NCBI GenBank assembly: GCA_001794905.1
Contig: MGLW01000003.1
Coordinates: 1 to 13,543, forward strand
Source: Chlamydiae bacterium RIFCSPHIGHO2_12_FULL_49_11
Lineage (GTDB): Bacteria; Chlamydiota; Chlamydiia; Chlamydiales; 2-12-FULL-49-11
Reading direction: 5' to 3'
DNA length: 13,543 nt
The notes under the pieces were generated by a model. That model searched no databases. It saw nothing but the letters and a program-made list of their open reading frames with translations, and was not told where the DNA came from. Position numbers and translations under genes: made by a program. Position 1 is the first letter of the stretch, and every line of letters begins with the position of its first letter. Below are positions 6,302-13,543 of this stretch, in pieces.

Positions 6302-9300
6302 GCGCGAGGCTGCCGCGGAAAGCGCCATACCATTTGAAAAGGTCGGAATACCTTGCATCGATCCCCACACGGAGAGAGGCCAAATTATAACTTTTCGAAT
6401 AGGTGACCACATCGAAATAGGGAGTCGAATAGTTTTGGAAACTTGGCATTCTTGTCGGAACTCCGAGAGGTGCTATGTAGACCCAGCTGAGGGCTACCTC
6501 GGGACGAAAGCAATGGTGCCCTCTTTTCACATCCACACTCACTTCGAGTCCCAGTTCGGGACGGATGTAAACGTCGCGGCTGTGTTTGACGTGCAGATTC
6601 AAACTTTCGGCTCCCGTTTCGGTAAACCCTTGGCGCCAAAGAATGTCGGTGTCGAAATGGAAAAACGGTTTCACGGTTGTAATTCCGAGAAGGGCGTTGT
6701 AGGCCATCCCAATATGGGTATCGAAAGAATATCCCCAGTGTGAATTCGTTGCAGTGGCATTCACTGTAGCAAACTGCATGCCGCGGGATAAATGTACTTT
6801 GTCAAAGGTGCCCATCAGGGCAATGTCGAGCACCGTGTGCAAAGCGGTCCAATGCATGTACGGCCCCATAAATCCGGAGTTGTCCTCCCCTTTGGAACCG
6901 TAATCTTTCTTCCATCGGAGCGAGCTGTAGAAATATCCGCCTGAAATTCCAAGAAGGAGATCATCTACCGGCATCACATCAAAGCCAACCGCGCCGCCGA
7001 AATTTGCCGTTTGAAACCCTTTGTTCAGGTTGAAGAATCCGCCAAACTTTTTCTCGTATGCACGCACCGTTTGGGTATCGGCAAAGGGGGTAAACCACAC
7101 GTCGAAAAGATGCTTCCGGCACACTTGACGTGTGTGGAGCACGATATCGAAGATCGAACTCATCACTTCCTGCCTGAGAAGGCTGAGCGCACCGAAGATC
7201 GACGGCTGCATGCTATCGAGCGCGTTTGTGAGCGCTGCCGAATCAAGGCTGTCGAGATCGTTCTCGACAATGGAGAGAAGGCCCGTTGAATCATTAGTGA
7301 CAAACGTTTCGAGAAAATTGTTCACTTGCAATGGATTGTACCGGTCAATCGTTTTATTCACGAAAAAGTCGTTTTGTATCACTGTGAGAAGGATGCTATT
7401 CGGAGTGTAAATTAGATTGAGAGTGAGGGGAAGAGTCCCGAGATTCGTGCTGTTCCATGTGCCGCTGATGCCCCCTTCTGCCTGAAGAAGCGTGTAGGTG
7501 CGCCCTTTTACATACGATGTGCCGAGAAGGATCACTTCGAGCGTGCCGTCCAGAGACGCCGCTCCCGACACATCGAGAAGGTCGGAGCGTCCCTTGTTAT
7601 CAATTTCTGCGATATATACGGCGCCTGTCAGTTGCGTATAATCTCCTGCAATCTCAATCGTTCCGATGGAGTGGCCGGGAAAAACCGTTCCGCTGCTGAC
7701 GAGGTGCCCCAGAAAACCGTTTCCCGAAAGACGTGCTGTCGGATGCAGGTATAGCTGACTCTTGCATCCCAGTCCGCCGCGATCGAGATCCAACTTTCCT
7801 TCATGAATTTCCAGGGCTCCCGTAAAATCGTCGCATGGCTCTTGCAAGAGAATGGTTCCGGGTCCTGTCTTTTGAGCAATCCCGCTCCCGGAAAAAGAGT
7901 GGAATCGGTGGCTTCCCTCTTCCAGATGAAATGCCGTCTCTCCTTCAACGGCAATATGACTTGGCACCTTCTGGGATTGCAGCCAGAGTTCAGTCTGATG
8001 ACACAGTGTTACAAGCACGTTTTCATGGAGAGCATGATGACAAAACGTGAGTTTTCCTTCTTTTGCAGTAATCGTTCCGGAAAAGGCATCGATGTCGGAA
8101 AGGGAGAGTTCTCCACTTCCCGTTTTGGTAAGGGATGCACTAGAGCCGATGAGGGCCCCCGTTAGTGCTACCGTATTCTGTACTTCTATTGTCGCGTTTT
8201 GACTGACCGAAATCGGCACGACACCGTCGGACATAAGTCCTAGGGTAGCAGCATCTTCAAGTATAACCGGCCCGCACATCCCGCAATCTAAAAACAGCGA
8301 GCCTTCCCGGACGGAGGTCGTTCCCGCATATCCCCCTTTTTGTCGGAGACAGAGCATTCCCTTTCCCGTCTTAATGAGGGATCCTCCGCCCCCAACTAAG
8401 CCGGCAAGGACCACTTCCCCTGCTTCCACCTCTATAACCGCATCCCCTGCCAATGTGACAGATGCTTCCACGGTTTGATTTTCCAATGCCAGGCGCGCCC
8501 TATGCCCGATCTCAATGGAGATGGCCTTTAGCGCCTCCTTGTCTTTCAAGGCTAAACACCCCTCTTCAAGCAGGATCTTCCCTTCCAATCCGGAAAGGTC
8601 GTGTATAACAAGCCTGCCCGCTCCCCCTTTGTACAACGTCCCGGAACCCTCGACCCGTCCCGTGAGCTCCGCGCTTCCTTCCAGAACATCGATCGCCCCC
8701 TCTCCGACCTGCATGAGGTCCGAGAGAAACGGCTCCTCCCTTCCATGAAATGCAATTCTTCCTTTTTCCATGAGGGAAACGGGGCCGGTTCCGATCCTTT
8801 GTGCCCTCGAGTTCAGAATGAGCGTTCCGCCCAGCACCACCGTTTCGCCGGTAAAAGAAGCCTCATTTGAGAGGGTGACCGTGCCGATGCCGCGCTTGAT
8901 GAGTTTGCCGCTCCCGCGGATGTCCCCCTCGAGGACAGCACTCCCCCCCTCGGTCCACAAGGTAAAGTCACCGCTGAGACGGAACGGATTAGCAAGCGTC
9001 ACATCTCCTTCCAAAAAAGTAAGATCCCCTCCCTCAATCTGACATCTTTCCCGGCCAAGATGGACCCCGCTCCCTTTTAAGGCAAGTGTGCCTTCGGACA
9101 AAACGGTTCCCGACTCGCATGTTACGGGTTTTGTGAGTGTGAGTCTGCCGCAGCCCCGTTTGACAAGCCCTCCGAGGCCGTCCACTTTTTCGAGGAAGGT
9201 CGCATCGGAACCCGCCTCTACCGTCACCGACGTAACGGGAGCAAGTTCCACCGGGCCGCGAATTTCCGTTCCGGGTGCCGTTATATGAAGCGCAGCACCT

Positions 9301-9437
9301 GTTTTCAAGCGAAGAGGCGAAGTTCCGAGAAGTTCGTTTCCCGAAGAGAGAACTTGCTCTTTCTCATCGAGAATGAAAATTTTTTCCTCGCCTTGGAGAA
9401 GGGCCGCAAGCAAAAGAGCCGCAAAAAAAAGCCGCAT
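6252..9437 (-). CDS. Type V autotransporter with passenger-associated transport repeats (PATR) and C-terminal beta-barrel
   Basis: Preferred start is ATG 9437, giving signal-peptide-like MRLFFAALLLAALLQG (the ORF track extends to TTG 9482). Six KxGxGxL-type repeats, a junction PGHSIGTIEIAGDYTQ...SDLLDVSGAASLDGTL, a barrel from about DVWFTPF, and an outer-membrane-type end LDFALGFQFDF with terminal Phe. Confidence 0.92.
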   Translation of the reverse strand: MRLFFAALLLAALLQGEEKIFILDEKEQVLSSGNELLGTSPLRLKTGAALHITAPGTEIRGPVELAPVTSVTVEAGSDATFLEKVDGLGGLVKRGCGRLTLTKPVTCESGTVLSEGTLALKGSGVHLGRERCQIEGGDLTFLEGDVTLANPFRLSGDFTLWTEGGSAVLEGDIRGSGKLIKRGIGTVTLSNEASFTGETVVLGGTLILNSRAQRIGTGPVSLMEKGRIAFHGREEPFLSDLMQVGEGAIDVLEGSAELTGRVEGSGTLYKGGAGRLVIHDLSGLEGKILLEEGCLALKDKEALKAISIEIGHRARLALENQTVEASVTLAGDAVIEVEAGEVVLAGLVGGGGSLIKTGKGMLCLRQKGGYAGTTSVREGSLFLDCGMCGPVILEDAATLGLMSDGVVPISVSQNATIEVQNTVALTGALIGSSASLTKTGSGELSLSDIDAFSGTITAKEGKLTFCHHALHENVLVTLCHQTELWLQSQKVPSHIAVEGETAFHLEEGSHRFHSFSGSGIAQKTGPGTILLQEPCDDFTGALEIHEGKLDLDRGGLGCKSQLYLHPTARLSGNGFLGHLVSSGTVFPGHSIGTIEIAGDYTQLTGAVYIAEIDNKGRSDLLDVSGAASLDGTLEVILLGTSYVKGRTYTLLQAEGGISGTWNSTNLGTLPLTLNLIYTPNSILLTVIQNDFFVNKTIDRYNPLQVNNFLETFVTNDSTGLLSIVENDLDSLDSAALTNALDSMQPSIFGALSLLRQEVMSSIFDIVLHTRQVCRKHLFDVWFTPFADTQTVRAYEKKFGGFFNLNKGFQTANFGGAVGFDVMPVDDLLLGISGGYFYSSLRWKKDYGSKGEDNSGFMGPYMHWTALHTVLDIALMGTFDKVHLSRGMQFATVNATATNSHWGYSFDTHIGMAYNALLGITTVKPFFHFDTDILWRQGFTETGAESLNLHVKHSRDVYIRPELGLEVSVDVKRGHHCFRPEVALSWVYIAPLGVPTRMPSFQNYSTPYFDVVTYSKSYNLASLRVGIDARYSDLFKWYGAFRGSLAPKYLSLDFALGFQFDF
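7790..9175 (-). repeat. Six degenerate ~86-aa PATR-containing modules in the passenger (protein-level repeat)
   Basis: GGLVKRGCGRLTL, GKLIKRGIGTVTL, GTLYKGGAGRLVI, GSLIKTGKGMLCL, ASLTKTGSGELSL and GIAQKTGPGTILL. The conserved Lys falls at ORF-track residues 108, 196, 285, 371, 453 and 538. Confidence 0.85.
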
Positions 9438-9491
9438 CGGTGTACAGAATCCCTTTTCCGTCACACTACAAAAAAACCGCAAGCTCCGCCA

Positions 9492-10175
9492 CTAGTTTTT
9501 CATTAGTGTAAAGATTCGATGGTGCTTAAAAGAGTAGAATCCGCCCGCGCCGCAAATGAGATGATCTTGTAAAATCACGTCCAAAAGCTCGGAGCCTTTG
9601 ATGAGATGGTCGGTGATTCTCAGGTCTTCTTTCGAAGGAGAGAGGTCGTTCGTGGGATGGTTGTGACAAAGGTAATAGGAATGGGCGTGCCTTTTGAGCA
9701 CTTCGGTAAAAAGCTCTCTCGGATGAATCAGGACCCGGTTCAAAGTTCCGATACTTAAGAGATGCCTTCCGATCATCCGCTCTTTCGTATCGAGAAAAAG
9801 CAAAACCACTTTTTCCTTGTCATTTTCATAGAAGAGATCGCGTACCATCAGATAAGCATCCTCACTTGCAGCGATGCGGCCGGGCTCTTTTTGATAAAAA
9901 TCGGAAAAGCGGCGGGCGAGGGAAAAAACCGCTTTGAGCTCTAACGCTTTAACCGTACCAATCCCGTGATGCTCCATGAGGTCTTCCTGAGAAGCAAGAA
10001 AAAGGGCGTGGAGCGTTCCGAACCGTTCCAAAAGCGATTGTGCCAGTTCGAGTACCGAAAGTTCTTTCGTCCCGCTCCCCAGTATAATGGCAAGAAGCTC
10101 CGCATCTGAAAGACTTTCCTCTCCCCGAGCGGCGAGTTTTTCCCGCGGACGCTGGTCCCTGTCCATCGCTTTCAT
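9492..10175 (-). CDS. radC: RadC family protein (HhH + JAB/MPN domain)
   Basis: RPREKL...LSDAELLAIILGSGT, HhH GIGTVKA, GTLN...HPRELF, JAB motif HNHPTNDLSPSKED, and DHLI. The start overlaps the hflX stop (ATGA). Confidence 0.95.
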   Translation of the reverse strand: MKAMDRDQRPREKLAARGEESLSDAELLAIILGSGTKELSVLELAQSLLERFGTLHALFLASQEDLMEHHGIGTVKALELKAVFSLARRFSDFYQKEPGRIAASEDAYLMVRDLFYENDKEKVVLLFLDTKERMIGRHLLSIGTLNRVLIHPRELFTEVLKRHAHSYYLCHNHPTNDLSPSKEDLRITDHLIKGSELLDVILQDHLICGAGGFYSFKHHRIFTLMKN

Positions 10176-11497
10176 TCGGTTTCCACTTCACGCGTTACAT
10201 AGAAAGGGGCCAGTTTTTTTTCCAGGGCGGTGGGAATTTCCACCCGCATCAAAATGTCGTTTTCTTCATACTCCATCTGAATCACGCGCCCTTCCTGCAG
10301 TACGGCGTGCACCAAAGCATACTTTTCTTGGGGAATGCGAAGGTCAACCACCTGCCGGAGCCTTTGCACCTCTTTTTCCATCATTATGAAAAGAGAGTCA
10401 AAACCGGTCCCATCTTTGGCAGAAATGAAAACCGAATTCGGATACAACGAAGAGAGCCTTTTCAGATGGATCGGATTTTCCACACGGTCACACTTGTTGA
10501 ACACAAAAATCACCGGCTTATCAACCACTCCGAGCTCGTGGAGCACTTTTTCCGTTTCCTGAATGTAAATCTCGGCCTTCGGATCGGAAGCATCCACAAT
10601 GTGGAGGAGCGAGTCGGTATAGATCGACTCTTCCAGAGTGCTTTTAAATGCGGCTATCAGAAGGTGGGGAAGTTTGCGAATGAACCCTACCGTATCGATG
10701 AGGATGATTTGCTGGTGATTGGGAAGGGTAAAGCGGCGTGCCGTTGTATCGAGCGTAGCAAAGAGTTTATCTTCAACATACACATGCGCATCGGTCAGGC
10801 GATTGAGCAGCGTCGACTTGCCGGCGTTAGTATAACCTACAATGGCAAAGGTCGGAATCGCGCTTTTCTTGCGCGCCTTGCGCTCCACACCCCGCTGCTT
10901 TGCTACCTGCTTGATTTCCCGTTTGAGGGTACTCACCCTTTCTTTGATGATACGGCGGTCTAATTCGATTTGCTTCTCCCCTTCTCCGCGGAGTGGGCCC
11001 CGGCCCGATCCCGACATGCGTTGGCGCGACAGATGCGTCCACATCCTCTTCAGTCGCGGGAGCTGATATTCGCTTTGTGCAAGCTCGACCTGCAGCATCG
11101 CCTCTTTCGTTTTGGCCCGTTGATGGAACACTTCCAGGATAAGTGCGGAACGTGTGAGTACGGGGCGGCGGATGATTTCTTCGAGATTTTTTTCCTGATT
11201 GGGAGAGACTTCGTCATCGAAAATGACAAGGTCGATTTTTTCCGCTTCGCATATTTCGGCAATCTCTTCCGCCTTTCCTTTACCAATGAACGTTGCTGCC
11301 GAATATTCCTTGATCGGACAAAATAGTTTGCGCCTTGTTACGAGGCCGTACGTCACGGCAAGCGACTCGAGCTCAGCAATCAGATCTTCCACTCCGAGCC
11401 TGCTTCCGCCTGACGGATATGTGGTGATAAGAATCGCCGACTTCAACTTGTCCAGTTCAAAACGGAGCCCTTCGTGTGATTTTTTATCGGAATGCAA
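10172..11497 (-). CDS. hflX: Ribosome-splitting GTPase HflX
   Basis: FIGKGK, LILEVFHQRAKTKEAMLQVELAQ, GEGEKQIELDRR, G1 GYTNAGKSTL, DKLFATLD, G3 DTVGFI, G4 NKCD and SAK. Start reassigned to TTG 11497 because GGAGGT lies 5 nt upstream; the ORF track gives 11563. Confidence 0.97.
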   Translation of the reverse strand: MHSDKKSHEGLRFELDKLKSAILITTYPSGGSRLGVEDLIAELESLAVTYGLVTRRKLFCPIKEYSAATFIGKGKAEEIAEICEAEKIDLVIFDDEVSPNQEKNLEEIIRRPVLTRSALILEVFHQRAKTKEAMLQVELAQSEYQLPRLKRMWTHLSRQRMSGSGRGPLRGEGEKQIELDRRIIKERVSTLKREIKQVAKQRGVERKARKKSAIPTFAIVGYTNAGKSTLLNRLTDAHVYVEDKLFATLDTTARRFTLPNHQQIILIDTVGFIRKLPHLLIAAFKSTLEESIYTDSLLHIVDASDPKAEIYIQETEKVLHELGVVDKPVIFVFNKCDRVENPIHLKRLSSLYPNSVFISAKDGTGFDSLFIMMEKEVQRLRQVVDLRIPQEKYALVHAVLQEGRVIQMEYEENDILMRVEIPTALEKKLAPFYVTREVETE

Positions 11498-12239
11498 AGC
11501 CCACCTCCAATCCGTCATAGGCAAGTTCAAATCCGGGCGGCAGCTCGCTATTTTTCTTCTCATGATTGATTTCGTGAGAAAGATGAGTCAAGTATACCTT
11601 GCGTGCACTCGTCTTTTTTGCAAAGGCAACAGCCTCATCGAGAGAAAAATGCATGTGCGTTCCCTCTTCATGAATAGCCCCGAGAATGAGCGTATCGATT
11701 TGTTGTAAATATTCAAACACCGACGTTTCATATTCGCGGATATCGGTCACATAGGCAAGGTTGCCGAAACAAAAACCGGTCACGGCCACTTCCTGCTGCC
11801 GGTAGCTGATGAAACGGAAGGGCACATCCAGAATCTCCCCTTCTCCATATTTTTCTTCGAGCACCTTCACTTCAAACCAGTGCATAAAATAATGGAAGCG
11901 GATCGAGAGTTCTTCGGCCGTTTCTTTCGACATAACCATCGGAATGCTCCTTACAAGCGTCTTTATCACGGCACGGAGGTCGTCAATGCCGCCGATGTGG
12001 TCCTGATGCGCATGAGTGATCATAACACCGTCAATCCGGGAAATCCCGTTTGCGAGCGCCGCCGCGCGAAAGTCGACCGACACATCGACCAGGATATTTT
12101 TCCCGCGCACCATAACAAGAATGCTCGAGCGCAATCTCTTATTCCTGGGATCGTGCGAGATGCAGACAGGGCACTTGCACCCGACGAGCGGCACGCCGAG
12201 CGACGCTCCCGTTCCCAAAAACCGCACTTTCCCGTCCAT
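11484..12239 (-). CDS. MBL-fold metallo-hydrolase, PhnP-like (Lactamase_B_2)
   Basis: FLGTGASLGVP...CKCPVC...RLRSS, metal motif THAHQDHIGG, AYVTD, HMHF, YLTHLSH and LAYDGL. 251 aa. No phn operon is present, so the substrate is unknown. Confidence 0.93.
   Translation of the reverse strand: MDGKVRFLGTGASLGVPLVGCKCPVCISHDPRNKRLRSSILVMVRGKNILVDVSVDFRAAALANGISRIDGVMITHAHQDHIGGIDDLRAVIKTLVRSIPMVMSKETAEELSIRFHYFMHWFEVKVLEEKYGEGEILDVPFRFISYRQQEVAVTGFCFGNLAYVTDIREYETSVFEYLQQIDTLILGAIHEEGTHMHFSLDEAVAFAKKTSARKVYLTHLSHEINHEKKNSELPPGFELAYDGLEVGFAFR
11503..11508 (-). promoter_or_regulatory. Shine-Dalgarno sequence for hflX, inside the 3' end of the upstream gene
   Basis: GGAGGT-gggct-TTG, with the TTG in the hflX frame. 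Confidence 0.7.
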
Positions 12240-12264
12240 AAGGAGCGCAGTTTATCAAAGAAGA

Positions 12265-12293
12265 ATTATACCGTCCATAGAAGGTTATACCAA
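12265..12293 (-). promoter_or_regulatory. Putative sigma70/sigma66 promoter for the MBL hydrolase-hflX-radC unit
   Basis: TTGGTA (12293-12288), 17-nt spacer, TATAAT (12270-12265), within the 55-nt intergenic gap. Confidence 0.6.
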
Positions 12294-12294
12294 T

Positions 12295-13170
12295 TTAGCC
12301 GAAGGCGGCGGCAAGGCGGCGGCCGAAGAGGGCACTGTAGAGAAGGCCGCGAGAACCAAGACCGGTGAAAACCGCGATGTGCTCCGAAATCGGTTCGGCA
12401 AAGGGCAAATAGGTTCCTGAACGGGCAACGCGAAAAGCACTGAAAATACCGGTGGTGTCAGCCTCTTTCACGGAAAGGCCCATGAGTTCCATCCTCGGGC
12501 CCATGTATCGCAAGGCAGCACCGATGTCTGCTGCTTCTTCCCCGGTGTGCTCGTACGTACTGCCCAGCCAAAACCGGCCCTCAGCGTCCTCAGAAAGATG
12601 GAGGGATGAAAGGAGAGGTAGCCGCGTATCGAACGGATTTTTGGCAAGGGAGACCATTTGCCCCTTTACAAGGAAAAATCCTTTCATTGGGAGAAGGTCT
12701 AAAGTGCCTTTTCCGAGCGCGACAACGACCCGATCAAATACGTCAAAAGAGTCGAGGGAAGAAATGGGGGCAACGACGCTCCGATGGGGAATGATACTCC
12801 GAAGTGCGGCAAGGTAATTGCCCATGTAAACGACACGTCCGCCCCGGATGAGGACATGGGAAGAGGTCCTTTCAATCCACAAGTCATCTGCGCTTTCGAT
12901 CGCATCGCAAATCATGTCTGTTTTGCACGAAACGGCTTTCCCCGTCTCTTGTTCGACTACATCAATTAAAGAACAGGAAGCTTCCATCGCCTCCTCTGCA
13001 AAGTGGTTCTTCCGGTGCCACTTGCCGACAAAGGGATGAAGAAAAGCGGAGGGAACGGAAGATGCACCGCCTTTTCCGTCATCGAAAATCGTGATCCGCG
13101 CCCCTTGTTTAGCAAGAAAGTAGGCAACCGAAAGACCGGCCAGCCCGCCTCCTAGGACGGCGTACTCCAC
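12295..13170 (-). CDS. FAD-dependent oxidoreductase, DAO/MnmC-C-like family
   Basis: GTG start, Rossmann motif AVLGGGLAGLSVAYFL, GASS, VKGQ, LGSTYEH and FTGLGSRGLLY. 291 aa. Confidence 0.88.
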   Translation of the reverse strand: MEYAVLGGGLAGLSVAYFLAKQGARITIFDDGKGGASSVPSAFLHPFVGKWHRKNHFAEEAMEASCSLIDVVEQETGKAVSCKTDMICDAIESADDLWIERTSSHVLIRGGRVVYMGNYLAALRSIIPHRSVVAPISSLDSFDVFDRVVVALGKGTLDLLPMKGFFLVKGQMVSLAKNPFDTRLPLLSSLHLSEDAEGRFWLGSTYEHTGEEAADIGAALRYMGPRMELMGLSVKEADTTGIFSAFRVARSGTYLPFAEPISEHIAVFTGLGSRGLLYSALFGRRLAAAFG

Positions 13171-13543
13171 TCTTTGTTTTCCTGTTTGACTGCACCTGTT
13201 TTTTTACTGCGCTGGTAAAGGGCAAAGCCTTCCACGGCAAAGTGGAAGAAGAAAATCACGAACGGAGTCAGGCACAAACTGATCGGAATCATCATGATCA
13301 TCGACCCCATCGACATGCCGATGACCGCTTTGACCGTGAGAAAATTCGTCTTGGTCAGACTCATCGCCGAAAACAGGATGAGGCTCATGACGACAAGAGG
13401 AAATGAGCCGATGAGGAAAAGGACAATATTTCCGAACGGGTTAGATTTGAGCCGGTCCAAAATGTCATCGACCAAGCCGAATTCGAGGTTTTTTTTGGCT
13501 GCCACATGCGGCGTCACAAAGAACAGAAGGGCAAGAGTGAGAA
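13152..13543 (-). CDS. Hypothetical multi-pass membrane protein (5'-partial)
   Basis: The frame stays open from the track's GTG at 13517 to the window edge (..LTLALLFFVTPHV..). Several hydrophobic segments. The 3' end overlaps the downstream gene by 19 nt. Confidence 0.75.
   Translation of the reverse strand, partial: LTLALLFFVTPHVAAKKNLEFGLVDDILDRLKSNPFGNIVLFLIGSFPLVVMSLILFSAMSLTKTNFLTVKAVIGMSMGSMIMMIPISLCLTPFVIFFFHFAVEGFALYQRSKKTGAVKQENKEWSTPS

Noticed and set aside
5786-6412. 208-aa minus-strand ORF
   Set aside because: It is an antisense shadow of marC and an off-frame overlap with the autotransporter end.
9438-9482. 15-codon N-terminal extension of the autotransporter from TTG 9482
   Set aside because: ATG 9437 gives a cleaner signal peptide, and the extension has no SD or signal-like features.
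9470-9491. Possible intrinsic terminator after radC (GCGGAGCTTGCGG followed by T7)
   Set aside because: The stem is only about 4 bp with two G-U pairs, too weak to call.
9492-10175. radC as a marker of a mobile element or anti-restriction cargo
   Set aside because: This is the full-length HhH+JAB chromosomal form coupled to hflX, not the short JAB-only form typical of mobile elements.
10307-10963. 218-aa + strand ORF
   Set aside because: It is an antisense shadow of hflX.
11498-11563. 22-codon N-terminal extension of HflX in the ORF track
   Set aside because: It would overlap the upstream gene by 80 nt, and a strong SD supports TTG 11497 instead.
12232-12279. 9-nt direct repeat (TATGGACGG on the minus strand) giving a 7-codon uORF, MDGIILL, in frame with the MBL gene
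   Set aside because: It is short enough to be chance or a small local duplication. The upstream ATG lies within the predicted promoter spacer, so it would not be on that transcript.

Overview
A gene-dense bacterial window whose gene content and order (phnP-like MBL hydrolase, hflX, CT865-like protein, glgB, MarC, CT375-like oxidoreductase) point to an environmental member of the Chlamydiota. That assignment is an inference from recalled chlamydial synteny, not a database result. Left to right: the 5' part of NAD-dependent DNA ligase ligA (minus strand, missed by the ORF track); a divergent solo AAA_14/DUF4143 ATPase-nuclease gene; glgB; a conserved hypothetical protein; a 53-codon remnant of an mtaB/yqeV-type methylthiotransferase gene (missed by the ORF track); marC; a PATR-repeat autotransporter; radC; hflX; an MBL-fold hydrolase; an FAD-dependent oxidoreductase; and a partial membrane protein. 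Four signals stand out. (1) A 58-bp nested palindrome (997-1054) covers the predicted -35 of an apparently leaderless DUF4143 ATPase gene, suggesting a self-contained, autoregulated module. (2) The mtaB mini-gene appears to fuse the enzyme's N- and C-termini in frame and stays coupled to the glgB operon. (3) The autotransporter is cysteine-rich, is not a Pmp, and has six ~86-aa modules. (4) A hairpin covers the glgB start codon. No rRNA, tRNA, CRISPR array, transposase or integrase was seen.
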